NCBI GenBank assembly: GCA_965645245.1
Contig: OZ287074.1
Coordinates: 558,001 to 622,000 of the forward strand
Length of the DNA: 64,000 nucleotides
Direction: 5' to 3'
Source: Massalongia carnosa
Taxonomy: Eukaryota
The notes beneath the pieces were generated by a model that worked only from the letters and a program-made list of their open reading frames with translations, ran no database searches and was not told the DNA's origin. Shown one piece after another: positions 53,900 through 64,000 of this stretch; within the stretch, counting starts at the first letter, position 1, and every line of letters starts with the position of its first letter. The translations under genes were made by a program, and so were the position numbers.

Positions 53900-56800
53900 T
53901 GCCTCTTCAGCAAAGTGGGGGATTCTCAATTCGCGGACGCAAGATTTTTAAGTGAGTTGTATTTGACGCGTTTTTTTTTAGTTGTCGTGCCGAAAACCTT
54001 ATTGCAGGATTGGAGAAACGAATTGGAAAAGTTGATTTATAATCAACATTTTTCGAGCATCAAAACGAAATTATTGTACACCTCACTTGCCCTAAATAAG
54101 AGGAAACGATGTGGGGGCAAAGCTGAAGCAGTCAATGGATTTTGATGTACTCTGTAGTTCATGCTTACAACCTACAGTTTACAGCCCGTAGCTCGAAGCA
54201 CAAATATCGCGGTCCTAAAAAACTATTCTTTATATGTTTACGCTTCAATTCCTACACCCTTTTTGCTTATATTTCTTTCATGTTGCTAATTCTGCGATAT
54301 GATTACATCTCATAGAGCTCCTCGCTGGCGAATCTTCCTTCTCGAGCACGACTCTTATACTCCAACTATTTCGCTACTTTAAGACGGCTAATTTAACTTG
54401 ATTCAACGGGCTAAGTGATGCATCCTGGATAAATATAATTTACGACCTGCTATTCTAGCAAAACACTGCAACGGCCTTCTCAATTGCATCTACTCAATCG
54501 CCTTCTGTCTTTTCATCAATGACAAACAATCCAGCTTTCATTTATTTGTCGTATTCATTTCATTTGTCAACCTGTTGTAAAATGCAGTTGGATTGAATTC
54601 TTAGGTGGCTTTTTTGTTTGATATTGATTTATCAACTCCTAATCAAGCATACCACATGAGCATAGACGTATCGGGAGCCTTTGACACCGTCTCTCATCGT
54701 AGGCTCATTCACAACATGAGAAAACGAAAGATCCCAGAGTGGATAGCCAAATGGACGGATAGTTTCTTGAAAGAAAGAGAAACCACGCTCACGATTAATC
54801 AACGCACCACTAACGCATTTCCGCTGAGCATAGGAATCCCTCAGGGATCTCCTCTATCTCCCATTCTATATCTCTTTTACAATGCGGACCTCTTAGACAT
54901 TTGCAATAGACCCAGCACAAACGCGGCAGGCATAGGATTCGTAGACGACGTGAACATCCTGACATATGGCAAATCCACGGAAGAAAATTGCAAAACATTG
55001 AAAGAAATACACGAGAATTGCGAACGATGGGCGAAACGCCACGGCTCCGTGTTCGCGCCGCATAAATACGAGCTCATACATCTAGCAAAAAATCCCAAGA
55101 AATTCAATCTCGAAGCTTCCTTCACAGTAAACGGCAAACTACTCAACGTCACGAAATCTGTACGAGTGCTGGGGGTGTACATAGACACGAGGCTCAATTG
55201 GTCGGCGCACTACAAAGAGATACAGAAGAAAATGACGAGACAAACGAGAGCGCTGACTAGAATCGCCGCAGCCACTTGGGGTGCGACCCTCCTACAAGCC
55301 CGTCACGTGTACACGGCGGTGGTACGCCCGGCAATGACCCATGGTTCTCTGGTATGGCACACGCCGGAGGAAACACAAAAGCACGTCAAAGTCACGAGGA
55401 AAAGCAAACTCGAGATCGTACAAAACAAATGTTTACGAGTAGTAGCCGGAGCGTACAGGGCCACACCCATCGAGGTGTTACAGGCGGAAACATTCATCTG
55501 TCCATTGACGCAACATTTGGATCATCTGCAGGCCAAAGGTAGATCGAGGCTACAACACAACGGTCAGGCAAAAGTCATAGAACAGGCATGCGAGAAAATC
55601 AGAACGAGATTGAAAGGGAAAAGAGGGCGACAACGGATTATTGGAGAAACACCGGGAGCTCGTAGACAGAGATGGGTGGCCAAGCTGACAGCTGAAGTAT
55701 CAACAAAGAGAAAGCCCAAACGCACACCACCATGGGAAAAAGCGGAGAATGCACAAGAGGAAAAACGAGCAGAATATGCCGCACTTCAAAGAGAAAGAGA
55801 CGGAATCATAGCGAAACGATTTAAAGAAAAATGGAAGGACAAATGGATAGCGTATCAATCAATACATACGCTTGATCCAACAATAGCACAGTCGGGTCCA
55901 TTGCACAAAAACAGGTTGAACACGCACAAGCTGCTGAATAAGGCGCAAAGCTCCCTCGCAATTCAAATTAGAACAGAGAAAATCGGGTTAGCGAGTTTTC
56001 TATTCAAACGCAAGGTGCCAGACATTGAGTCCGCGGCCTGCCTGTGCGGAAGCCGCTTTCAAACGGCGAAACATGTGATAATGTTCTGCGGATTGCATAA
56101 TAGAATCGATATGTTGCGTGCAGCTGGCTCGCTGGATTATCAAAAACTGATAACAGACCCCAAAGCGATCAAAATAATCACTGCATGGCTTATGCGTACG
56201 GGCATACTAACACAGTACACCATTGCCGCGCAAATGACGGAGCAATAATGAGAGGAGAATTGGTTTTTTCTTCTACTTATTTTCTTTTCTTCTCTTTTAT
56301 TCTTGCACTTACTCAGGCGCATAACGGGTATAGCGGGTTTCCCAAACCGTAGAGATCAACCCGGGGAAAGAGCGAGTCCTCTACAAACCTGGTACGCAGG
56401 AGCAGTTTTTTACCCGTTCGGGTTTTCTGCCTTTATATAGCCTATGTAGTATCTCCCGCATGGGCCAGCTTCAGCTGGTGTCATATCGGCGTAAGAAAAA
56501 TCAATCAATCAAGCATACCACATTTATGTGGAAATAGATTGATCAGATGACAACTTTAGAGCTCGTGTTTTAATTCGTGCGGTCTATCACATCGTCATGA
56601 TAATCGATTTCAGTCAGAAACATTTTTAACTATTTACTTAGTTTGTCAGGAGTAGATGGATTAGGTTTAGTCTAGCCCATTCGCTAGCGGATGTTCCAGG
56701 CTGGCTCTTTGATATCAAAGATTCGTCATTCATGTCAGCACTGTAACAAGGAATACTTACAAGTAATGAATCACATATCTGGTTTTACATTAACCTTTGA

Positions 56801-58113
56801 GCAAAGTTGAATCCGATGGAAGAAAGTATTCCTAGAAAACACAATTACGAGCGAATTGTCTTCAGAAGCATTACCTGAGGAATAGAGAGATCTCGTTGCC
56901 GTTTTTTTTAATCATGGCTCATTCATCCTAGGACTTGGAAAGGTTTAAAGTAAGGAAAGCTACGTGTCGGTAAAGAAATTGAAAGCAGATGGGTCTGTCT
57001 CTTATGGTCTGAAGCACTAAAGTAAATGTCCTTGGTGGTTCTCTAAGAAACTATATTATATTAACCGGCTCTCTTTGATTCAAACTGCGAGAAGATTTCA
57101 AAGCGATCAACGATGACGAATATTATGCCTTCGATAAACACAATCTAAGAAAAGAGTCAATGATGCAATCATTGTAGAATGCTCAACTCAGTTGATCAAA
57201 GAAAGGCGTTAAAAGGTTCGATATGCTACTATATTATAGGGATGCAGAGCAGGAACGGAATAAAACGAGGCCAAGGAACCTTTTTCAAGGGAGAATATTT
57301 GCGGTTTGGTATGAATTTTCTGTGATTTTGGACTGGTCTCGGTCCGTGAGTCAAGGATGCCATCAAAAATAGGGGTGGCAGGGGGCGCGGCGACTTACAA
57401 GCAGTATTCTCAAGACAAAGGGTTCACCTCCCTGTAGTTATGAACGATTTGGTGGAGCAAGTCCTGGGCCACCGGGACGTGTTTGTTGACGCCATTTCGA
57501 GGTCATTTATGCGAACCCACAGCTGCGGGATCATACACGGAAGCTCCCGGTGGTTCTCAAAACCCTACAGCCAAAACGCAGCACGGAATCAAAGTTCTTT
57601 GGTCAGGTATTACCGATGTGCTTTCGAACATCCATCACGATGTGGACGTGTGCTACCCCTTGAGATTCTTACCGGTGGTGAACAATGAAGTTCTCATCAT
57701 TATGAGCACGTTATAGAACGAGCTAAACCGTGCGATTGCTGATGAGAAGTGACGGTGCCTCGGTTAGTCATCAAATTTGAACTCAATCTCAACGATTGGC
57801 TGCTGAAGGCACGAAGGATGCGGGTGCTCGGTTTCTTCTTGCGGCTGGGCACCCTGGAGGCAATGAAGGACTTATCGCTCACGGGCACGAAAGACAGAGA
57901 CGTCAATCACGAGTGAGTCAAATAGGTTCTCGGCCGTCTGTACGAACTGCAAAGAGCGGATCCCCTTACGAACGCGAGATTCGAGACATCTGCACCCCCC
58001 ATAATAACCTCAAGATTGCCATCATCGATCATCTCGTCGACAATGAATGTGGAAAGGGGGAAAAGGCGGTGTTCGCCACGATTGGGGCTACCAACGTGCT
58101 GCTGCTGTACTAG
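53900..58113 (+). pseudogene. Decayed SNF2-family helicase relic, interrupted by a LINE
   Basis: Collinear fragments: LVVVPKTLLQDWRNELEK (motif Ia, 53978-54031), YIILTGSL*FKLREDF (motif III-like, about 57052-57100), FMRT..RWFSKP (about 57505-57565), LKIAIIDHLVDNECGKGEKAVF (helicase-C entry, about 58010-58075); many stops and frameshifts. Confidence 0.55.
54658..56506 (+). mobile_element. 5'-truncated non-LTR retrotransposon (LINE, fungal Tad1-like)
   Basis: RT motifs DVSGAFDTV, GIPQGSPLSPILY, GFVDD, VLGV; C-terminal CxC...H...C knuckle; (TCAA)n tail; 17-bp direct repeats AATCAAGCATACCACAT at 54641-54657 and 56507-56523. Confidence 0.95.
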
Positions 58114-58129
58114 GTGAGTCGACTGATGA

Positions 58130-58436
58130 ATGCATAGTTTCTTCATCGCAATCTGCGGCAACGTCGGTACCTATGAAAACTATTCAAGCTAATAGCAGGA
58201 GCATCCTTTTTTATAAGGGAATCCGCTTTCTCAGAAGGCATAGACGCAATCATCGTTCTCGTTCTATTTTGCGATTCTCTTGAAAACTGTGTATTCCATG
58301 ACTGCTTTCTTGATATAGCGTATGGAACGGATAAAGTGATTTTCACGGTTCAATTCGCCTCAGCGGGACGACGTAATACCTCCGGTTGCTACCTTACCTT
58401 ATCTCGTTTTAGATGCAGTCTAGCTCAGAGGCTGGC
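58130..58436 (-). pseudogene. Histone H2A-like relic
   Basis: SL*ARLHL (cf. SSRAGLQF), VLRR..AN*TVKITLSVP (cf. LLRKGNYAERVGAGAP), AVMEY at 58305-58291, *IVFIGTDVAADCDEE at 58186-58139 (cf. RIIPRHLQLAIRNDEE). Confidence 0.6.
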
Positions 58437-58548
58437 AGTTTAAACCCCTCTTTTCTAAAAATTTGGTCACTACCACTTATGGTGGATTGACTTCGTTGAA
58501 AACCATCACAGTAGAGGTCAGGAACGGGTTTGTATATATTAATTGCAT

Positions 58549-58894
58549 TTACTTCTGGTTAGCCTTCGCCTTGGCGCCTTTGGAGCTTGCTTGATGATAA
58601 TTTCTCTCTCGTTGCAGCATTATTTTCACCCATCTCTTACTTTTGGCCAGTTATAATCAGGTTCTCTTCTTCATGATTCTATCATGGTATACTTCGCCGA
58701 GATAATGAACAGGTCGTCCATTCTCGACGCTGGACAAAGGAGTCCGTGATTGTCTGAAAGTCCGTATTTTTTTTAATCTCGTCTTATCCTCCATCGGAGG
58801 CTGGCAGCTACCCTACTGCGAGCTTCGGGCATACAAAAACGCTACAAATATTTGAGATTGAGGACTTCGCGTACACATAATCGGCAGGGTTTTC
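58549..58894 (-). pseudogene. Histone H2B-like relic
   Basis: ENPADYVY..VL (cf. ESYSIYVYKVL), ITDSFV + DDLF (cf. IMNSFVNDIF), KKRT, VKIMLQRERNYHQASSKGAKA (cf. [20 protein letters not shown]); frameshifts. Confidence 0.62.
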
Positions 58895-59268
58895 GGCCTG
58901 TATAGTTTTCTAAACACCGTAAGGAAAAAGCATATGACATTGCAGCGAAGATGGTAACCAAAAATGAAATAAGACGAAGATACAACAAGACTTTAATAGG
59001 GGAGCCTGAGAAGGGGGATATGCGTACTTATCGATAGAGATATTGATCCCAATAGTACCAGCGCCCAACCCGAACAACGATAATCCAGTCGCGCCAGCTT
59101 ATCAATGGTACAAAGAAGGGTGAAATATGCGTTTTTGGCAGTTCTATAATTCATAAGTTATAAAAATTGGGAACTGGAGTAGAAATGGGAAGATTGGATG
59201 GTAATTCTTTCTTTCTTCAATCCAACTATAGGTCTTCTTCTCGGGACCTAGACTGAGCTAGAAGCTCT

Positions 59269-59760
59269 ATGTACAAACGAAAATCATAGAAGTGCGGATA
59301 AGGCCACTGGATTGCCAATCCTCAAGACTCCAAAATATGCTCGGTTTTCTCAAATCCCGTTGTCAAAAAAGCACCTTATAAGGGAAAGCAAGGCGTACGC
59401 AGCCGCACAATGCAGCTGTTAGGTTCAGCGAACCCAAACCAACGAATCACACGCAAAAAATTCAGCCCACGAGACAAGCCATAGTAGCCGTTTGGGATCT
59501 ACATCTCTTCCAACTCCTTCACAAGGGCAGCTATACGCAAAATTTCCAGACGGAGTGGAGGTATCTACGAAGTATCATCTATATCTAGTGATATTTACAA
59601 TCGATTAGCACCTAAATGATAATACTCCTTACGTAAGAAAGTTGTCGGAGATACAACAGTGGTATGGTGCTTCCACGAGGAGCTGGGAGCGTGCCTTCCA
59701 AGTTAGCTTAGCCTTGATAAAACTGGCCGTTCGACCGATAGAAATGGACATCTGCTTCCC
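59269..59760 (+). pseudogene. Histone H4-like relic
   Basis: One frame from ATG 59269 with internal stops: basic tail KKAPYKGKQGVRSR, then FTRAAIRKISRRSGG...ISSDIY...L..KVVGD...LSLDKTGR (cf. ITKPAIRRLARRGG..RISGLIY...LENVIRD...YALKRQGR). Confidence 0.65.
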
Positions 59761-59789
59761 TACCTTCTAAGGACTTTTCGATGCGGTCA

Positions 59790-60125
59790 TCATTCTACAA
59801 CGCCTAGTTCGTAACTAAGAATTAAATTTAAGATTACGAATACTATGGAATACGACATATGAAACCTTGCTGGAGAATTGGAAAGAACCTGAATACTGTC
59901 GATCTTCCTAATGTGCATGTGATTGAAAAAGAACTGAGATCTTTCTTCATCGATGTCTAGAAGAGCTTTGATAGAGAAAGGGGCTAGAATATTCGAGTCC
60001 GAGACACGTTTCTCACGGATATTCTGGACGATGATCATTACGAGACGAAGAATTTGTGGAACATGCTTGCAAGATATATAAAGTTTTCTATTTCCTTCCC
60101 CTATTTCTCTATAAATGGCTAGCAC
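59790..60125 (-). pseudogene. Histone H3-like ORF or relic (no ATG)
   Basis: REI...LYI..K..P...RLVMIIVQ (cf. REI..LLIRKLPFQRLVREIAQ) and gapless SIKALLDIDEERSQFFFNHMHIRKIDSIQV (cf. [30 protein letters not shown]); 111 open codons. Confidence 0.52.
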
Positions 60126-63100
60126 TACATTGTTGATCCATTAACTGTCTTCTCTATTTCATTTTCAATTTATATAACTTACTCGCCTACATAAGTGGCT
60201 CATTCCACTCTTCGGCAGAAAACCAAAGAAGAAATCTATATATTAAAGTCAGTTCTTGACCTCTTTAATCTGATGAGCTCAAGCTTCTTCAATATGCACA
60301 GCTTCGAACACTGACAAGCACGATCAAGATAGCTGTCAATGAAAACTAAGACGTAAAGGTATCAAATCTACTGGTCAAAGACACATTAAATTTTATGGCG
60401 CTGGACACTGGCGCTGCTTCGGCTGGGAACTGGAATGAGATAACAACTTAGCTTGAGCAAAGTTCCCATTTGCATCCTTCAGACATCCCCCGCGATGTAA
60501 GTGGAGAAGAACTCAATGTTCTGGAACAATCGGGCGTTTTTAATTTCGCGAGAAATCAATCCCTCACACAACAGCTTTTACAACAGCTACATGGATTTTC
60601 CTTTCCTTTCCTTCACTCTTTCTTCTCCCTTCTTCATATTTATTTCCCACTTCTCACCCTCCATCTCCGCCTTTCTTCTCTGTCCCTCTCCCTACTTCTA
60701 CGCATCCTACCCTCCCACTACAGAAGAATAACGCCGAAGTTTTCTCTCCCTTTGCGCTTCGATTCTGTCGATTTTCGCTCTCACTCCACGCCACAATCGA
60801 ATCGCGGCTTCGCCGCTGCCGTCAGCTTGCATTTCTCGCCGTCACCCTTTACCCCGCAATCCTCCTTCGCCTCCTCCTTGTTTGCAAAGGTATAGTCTTT
60901 CGCTTTCGCCGATAGCGTGTACGGAGAAGAACTTACATGAGTGGCTTCCACATCTAATGGCATAGGGCACCAAATTCTTGATAGCAATGATGATCCTGAT
61001 GCGCGAGAGTTTCGATTTCACTCTCGATCGACATTATGTGATGAAAAGTTTCATCGGTCACATGAATCGGCTCAACTACCGGTTACAAATGCGATATATT
61101 AAGAAAAGACGGTTGATCAACTGAAAAATTTTCTAGTCCATCGTTGAATAAAAACAAAATTCCGAACGCGAAGCTGTCAAAACGATTTTAAGACTTGTAT
61201 GATGAATTTAATATCGATGAGGTTTTCAAGCCCTGGTTCTTGATATTTTTGGAACGCAATGCCTGTTAGAGGACTTTCTTCCCCTTCGCGGACTTCGTTA
61301 AGGGATTTCCTCCCTCTTGAGAAACTTCCATAGACTAGAAGAAAGATCACATGTCTCCCTGAGACTCCTTTAGGCTCATGCAACGCATCCATCTTCCAGA
61401 TAATATAGTCTTACATTTATATATGATCAGTCCCGCTACAATTGGTATTACTATTCTTGTTCGACTAGGCGGTCGGTTTTCCCACCAAACCCCCCCCGGA
61501 AAACCCCCAGCCGACCAGAGTCCCACATTTACGTCCACCAGCTGACGGTGTCAGACCCTGAGGATTTAATAAGCTCGCTTTTGCCTGTCAAAGTCCGTTC
61601 ATCGTTCTGAGAACTCAAGGTACAGTAACTGAAGCAACAGAAGAGTAAAAACCCCCTCTATAAAATATATTAATACGATAAAGCAAGCCAGTGCGCTCAA
61701 CAGTAAAACTTCTTATATAATAAAATTCAGGTATTCTCGAGATCGTGGAACGAAATCGTAGGGGTATAAATTTGTTTTTTATTAATATAGATACGTGGAA
61801 AGGCTATCAAAAGGATAGTAAGGACGAGTTTATTCGAACCAGCTCTCGTCCATTCCACTCGTCTTGGAAAGCTTCCATTATATCCCCCTCATATATAAAG
61901 AAGAAGATATACAGGGCGTCAAGACATGGGAGACCGAGCCTCGACTTCCACCCGCCCTTTCTAATTTACTCCCGCAGCCGCGATACATAAACAGCCGCCC
62001 GACAGGTCGAAAGAGGATATTAAAACCAAGCAAGCCTCCGAATAACAAAAACTACCAGGGCTTTCCCAAAATATTCCCTTTCTTTTTCTCCTCCAAGTTC
62101 TTCTCTTGGGCCAACGCTAGCCAGTAAACGCCTCAGAGAAAGCACCAATGCCAAAAACCGAAGTCCAGCAACCTGGGCCTTGCTTGCTCGAGCCCAATGA
62201 TAAATCCTTCGAAGATATCATTGGGCCAGTGACCCTTAACTACCAGATCGGCGCCTTTGAGCGACGTGGCCAAGGAAGTGGTCAAAAAGCCGGTTATCGG
62301 TGCTCGCGCTGAAAATCACTAGCCCTGAAAGGAGGGAGGATGCTCTCCATTGGTGTACGCTGGTTGAGGGAGGAAGGGAGTGATAAAAAGGCTCTCGTGC
62401 TAGTGATGGAAGCTTGTGGTGGCGATTTAGGTATCATATAATGAATGGAGACAATTGTGACTGGAGAAAATAGAGACCGTTATCGGGTCAGGAGAAAAAT
62501 GGTCAATTTATAAAATTTGCTTATCGCAGGAAAAACTGGGAGGACTTTGTCGTTCAAGCGCAGGCAAACATAATACTGGGAGAAGATCGCAGGCCAGCAA
62601 GAGGGGCGATTTGGAATCACAGATTGAAAGATTTGTGCAGTTTCAAGGCCGTAGTTTATATGAAGGAATGAAATTGACGAAGGGGTCGATGTTTTAAGGG
62701 GCTCTTCAACCCCTATCTGTCGGTTTATATCATGCTATTTGATGTCCGAGAGCAGGTACTCTCATCCCGCCACGATTGATTCCGTATATCATATCTAGCT
62801 TTACAGTTCTTCATCTATAGAAATAAACAGCACATTACGTATGCATCATCCAGTCCATCTTCCATTTCCCCAACACCACTCATATCTTCTTCCCCGCTTC
62901 CTCCAACCTCTGGTGTACAGGACTTGAGATAAGCACATTCCGGAATAGGGGTCATGTATTTATATATGTGTGGGATGGGTAGTTGGCGAACGGGCGAAGC
63001 TCGAACCTGTTAGTTAGGGTGGTGTTCGTCATTGGTAGGTAGGTAGCTTCTATCGAGGACCTGATGGGAGGGGGTTTTTTGGGGGTTCGGGGGGATAGTT

Positions 63101-63420
63101 TGTGAAAGGGGGGATGAGTGTTTGGTTCAGGAAGGGGGAGATCGAATTGGGGACAGAACGGGTAGAGTTGTGGAGTGTGTGGATTTGACAGATTGTAAAT
63201 GTAACTAATTAAGAGGAAGGGGGAGAGGAGGGAAACCGAATAATGAAAAGCCATTTTTCAGGTGCCGAGCACTTCATAAGTTCCCCGCATCAAGTGCCCA
63301 TAAAAGAAAAGAGAAGTCCTGCTCTCACCAGCAGCGCTGGGTTATTTAGGGGTGGCACACGAAAGTTGCATACGAAAAAGCTGCTAGCCATCCCTCGGTT
63401 CTTCGGGTTCAAACCAGTGT

Positions 63421-63470
63421 CTGCCTGCCTTCCTGCCTGCCTGCCTGCCTGCCTGCCTGCTTGCCTGCTT
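63421..63470. repeat. (CCTG)n microsatellite
   Basis: Read directly from sequence. Confidence 0.9.
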
Positions 63471-63589
63471 GCATGACAGCTTCCTTTCACGTGCCTCCGA
63501 ATGGTCTGAGATCTTTTCAAGACACAGCCTTGTTTAAGCACGTTGGCGCTTAAGTTGCTAAGGGATGACTGAACGGGAATAAACCGAGA

Positions 63590-64000
63590 TCACCGATAAC
63601 CCCGACCTCTCCCTCCTCCCCTCCCTCTGTCAAATCCGCGCGGTGCCCCCCGGCCTCTGCCCCTCCCGTTTCCTCTGCCTCGGCCACTTCCCCAGCCTCC
63701 TCCACCTCCACCACCACCAGCCCCTCCTTCCTCCTGCTTCGGCCCAATCCTCATCCTTTCTTCCCTCTCTTCCTCGCTGGCATGGAACTTGTTTTCGATC
63801 CCCAAAAGCGTGCAGAACGCCTCTGTTTGCGGATTCGTGTATTCGTGCGGCTGCTCCCTCGAGTTGACGCCTTCTGCAGGATCATGGACTGGTGCTGTGA
63901 GTTCGAAGTTCTCGGGGATAGTTAGCAGCCCTGGGTTGACAATGTTTTCTTGCACCCATTGCTCCTCGGCAGCGATCAGGGGCGCGTAGTGCGCTTGGCC
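63590..64000 (-). CDS. DBR1: RNA lariat debranching enzyme, C-terminal part; runs off window end
   Basis: EEQWVQENIV...IPENFELTAP...PHEYTNPQTEAFCTLLGIEN followed by RGG tail. Confidence 0.88.
   Translation of the reverse strand, partial: GQAHYAPLIAAEEQWVQENIVNPGLLTIPENFELTAPVHDPAEGVNSREQPHEYTNPQTEAFCTLLGIENKFHASEEEREERMRIGPKQEEGGAGGGGGGGGWGSGRGRGNGRGRGRGAPRGFDRGRGGGRGRGYR

Noticed and set aside
60210..60450. Second H2B-like (KTKEEIYILKSV...SFE) and H2A-like (QFP..APV) word matches
   Set aside because: Spacing does not fit the folds and the matches do not extend; much weaker than the 58.1-58.9 kb relics
60781..60987. PMPLD resembling a retrotransposon gag PMxxD motif
   Set aside because: No zinc knuckle, protease, RT or LTRs nearby
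1..64000. tRNA, rRNA or telomerase RNA genes
   Set aside because: No cloverleaf, rRNA sequence or telomeric template recognised by eye; a covariance-model scan would be needed to exclude them

Overview
Gene-dense, intron-containing filamentous ascomycete (Pezizomycotina-type) nuclear DNA. Bases 1-52000 hold mostly housekeeping genes: MRPS5, DAD3, ALG2, EME1/MMS4, SSP120, TRM12/TYW2, a patatin, an LCB3-like phosphatase, ZPR1, a PPIL3-type cyclophilin, an arrestin, DAD1, RHO4, a PTH11-like protein, LOG, ELC1, SEN54, an APC transporter, QNG1 and UBA2. The same stretch has an unusual secreted aspartic-protease-like gene, two spliced genes the ORF track misses, and an SRPK-like pseudogene. DBR1 ends the window. 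Between UBA2 and DBR1 (about 52.0-63.2 kb) lies a gene-poor island of decayed sequence. It contains a young, intact 5'-truncated LINE with a 17-bp target-site duplication, inserted into what looks like an SNF2-family helicase relic. Next to that, within about 2 kb (58130-60125), are degenerate, highly divergent relics resembling all four core histones (H2A, H2B, H4, H3) in a non-canonical arrangement. This histone-plus-SNF2 module is the most novel signal. All calls come from manual translation and motif recognition; no database searches were run.
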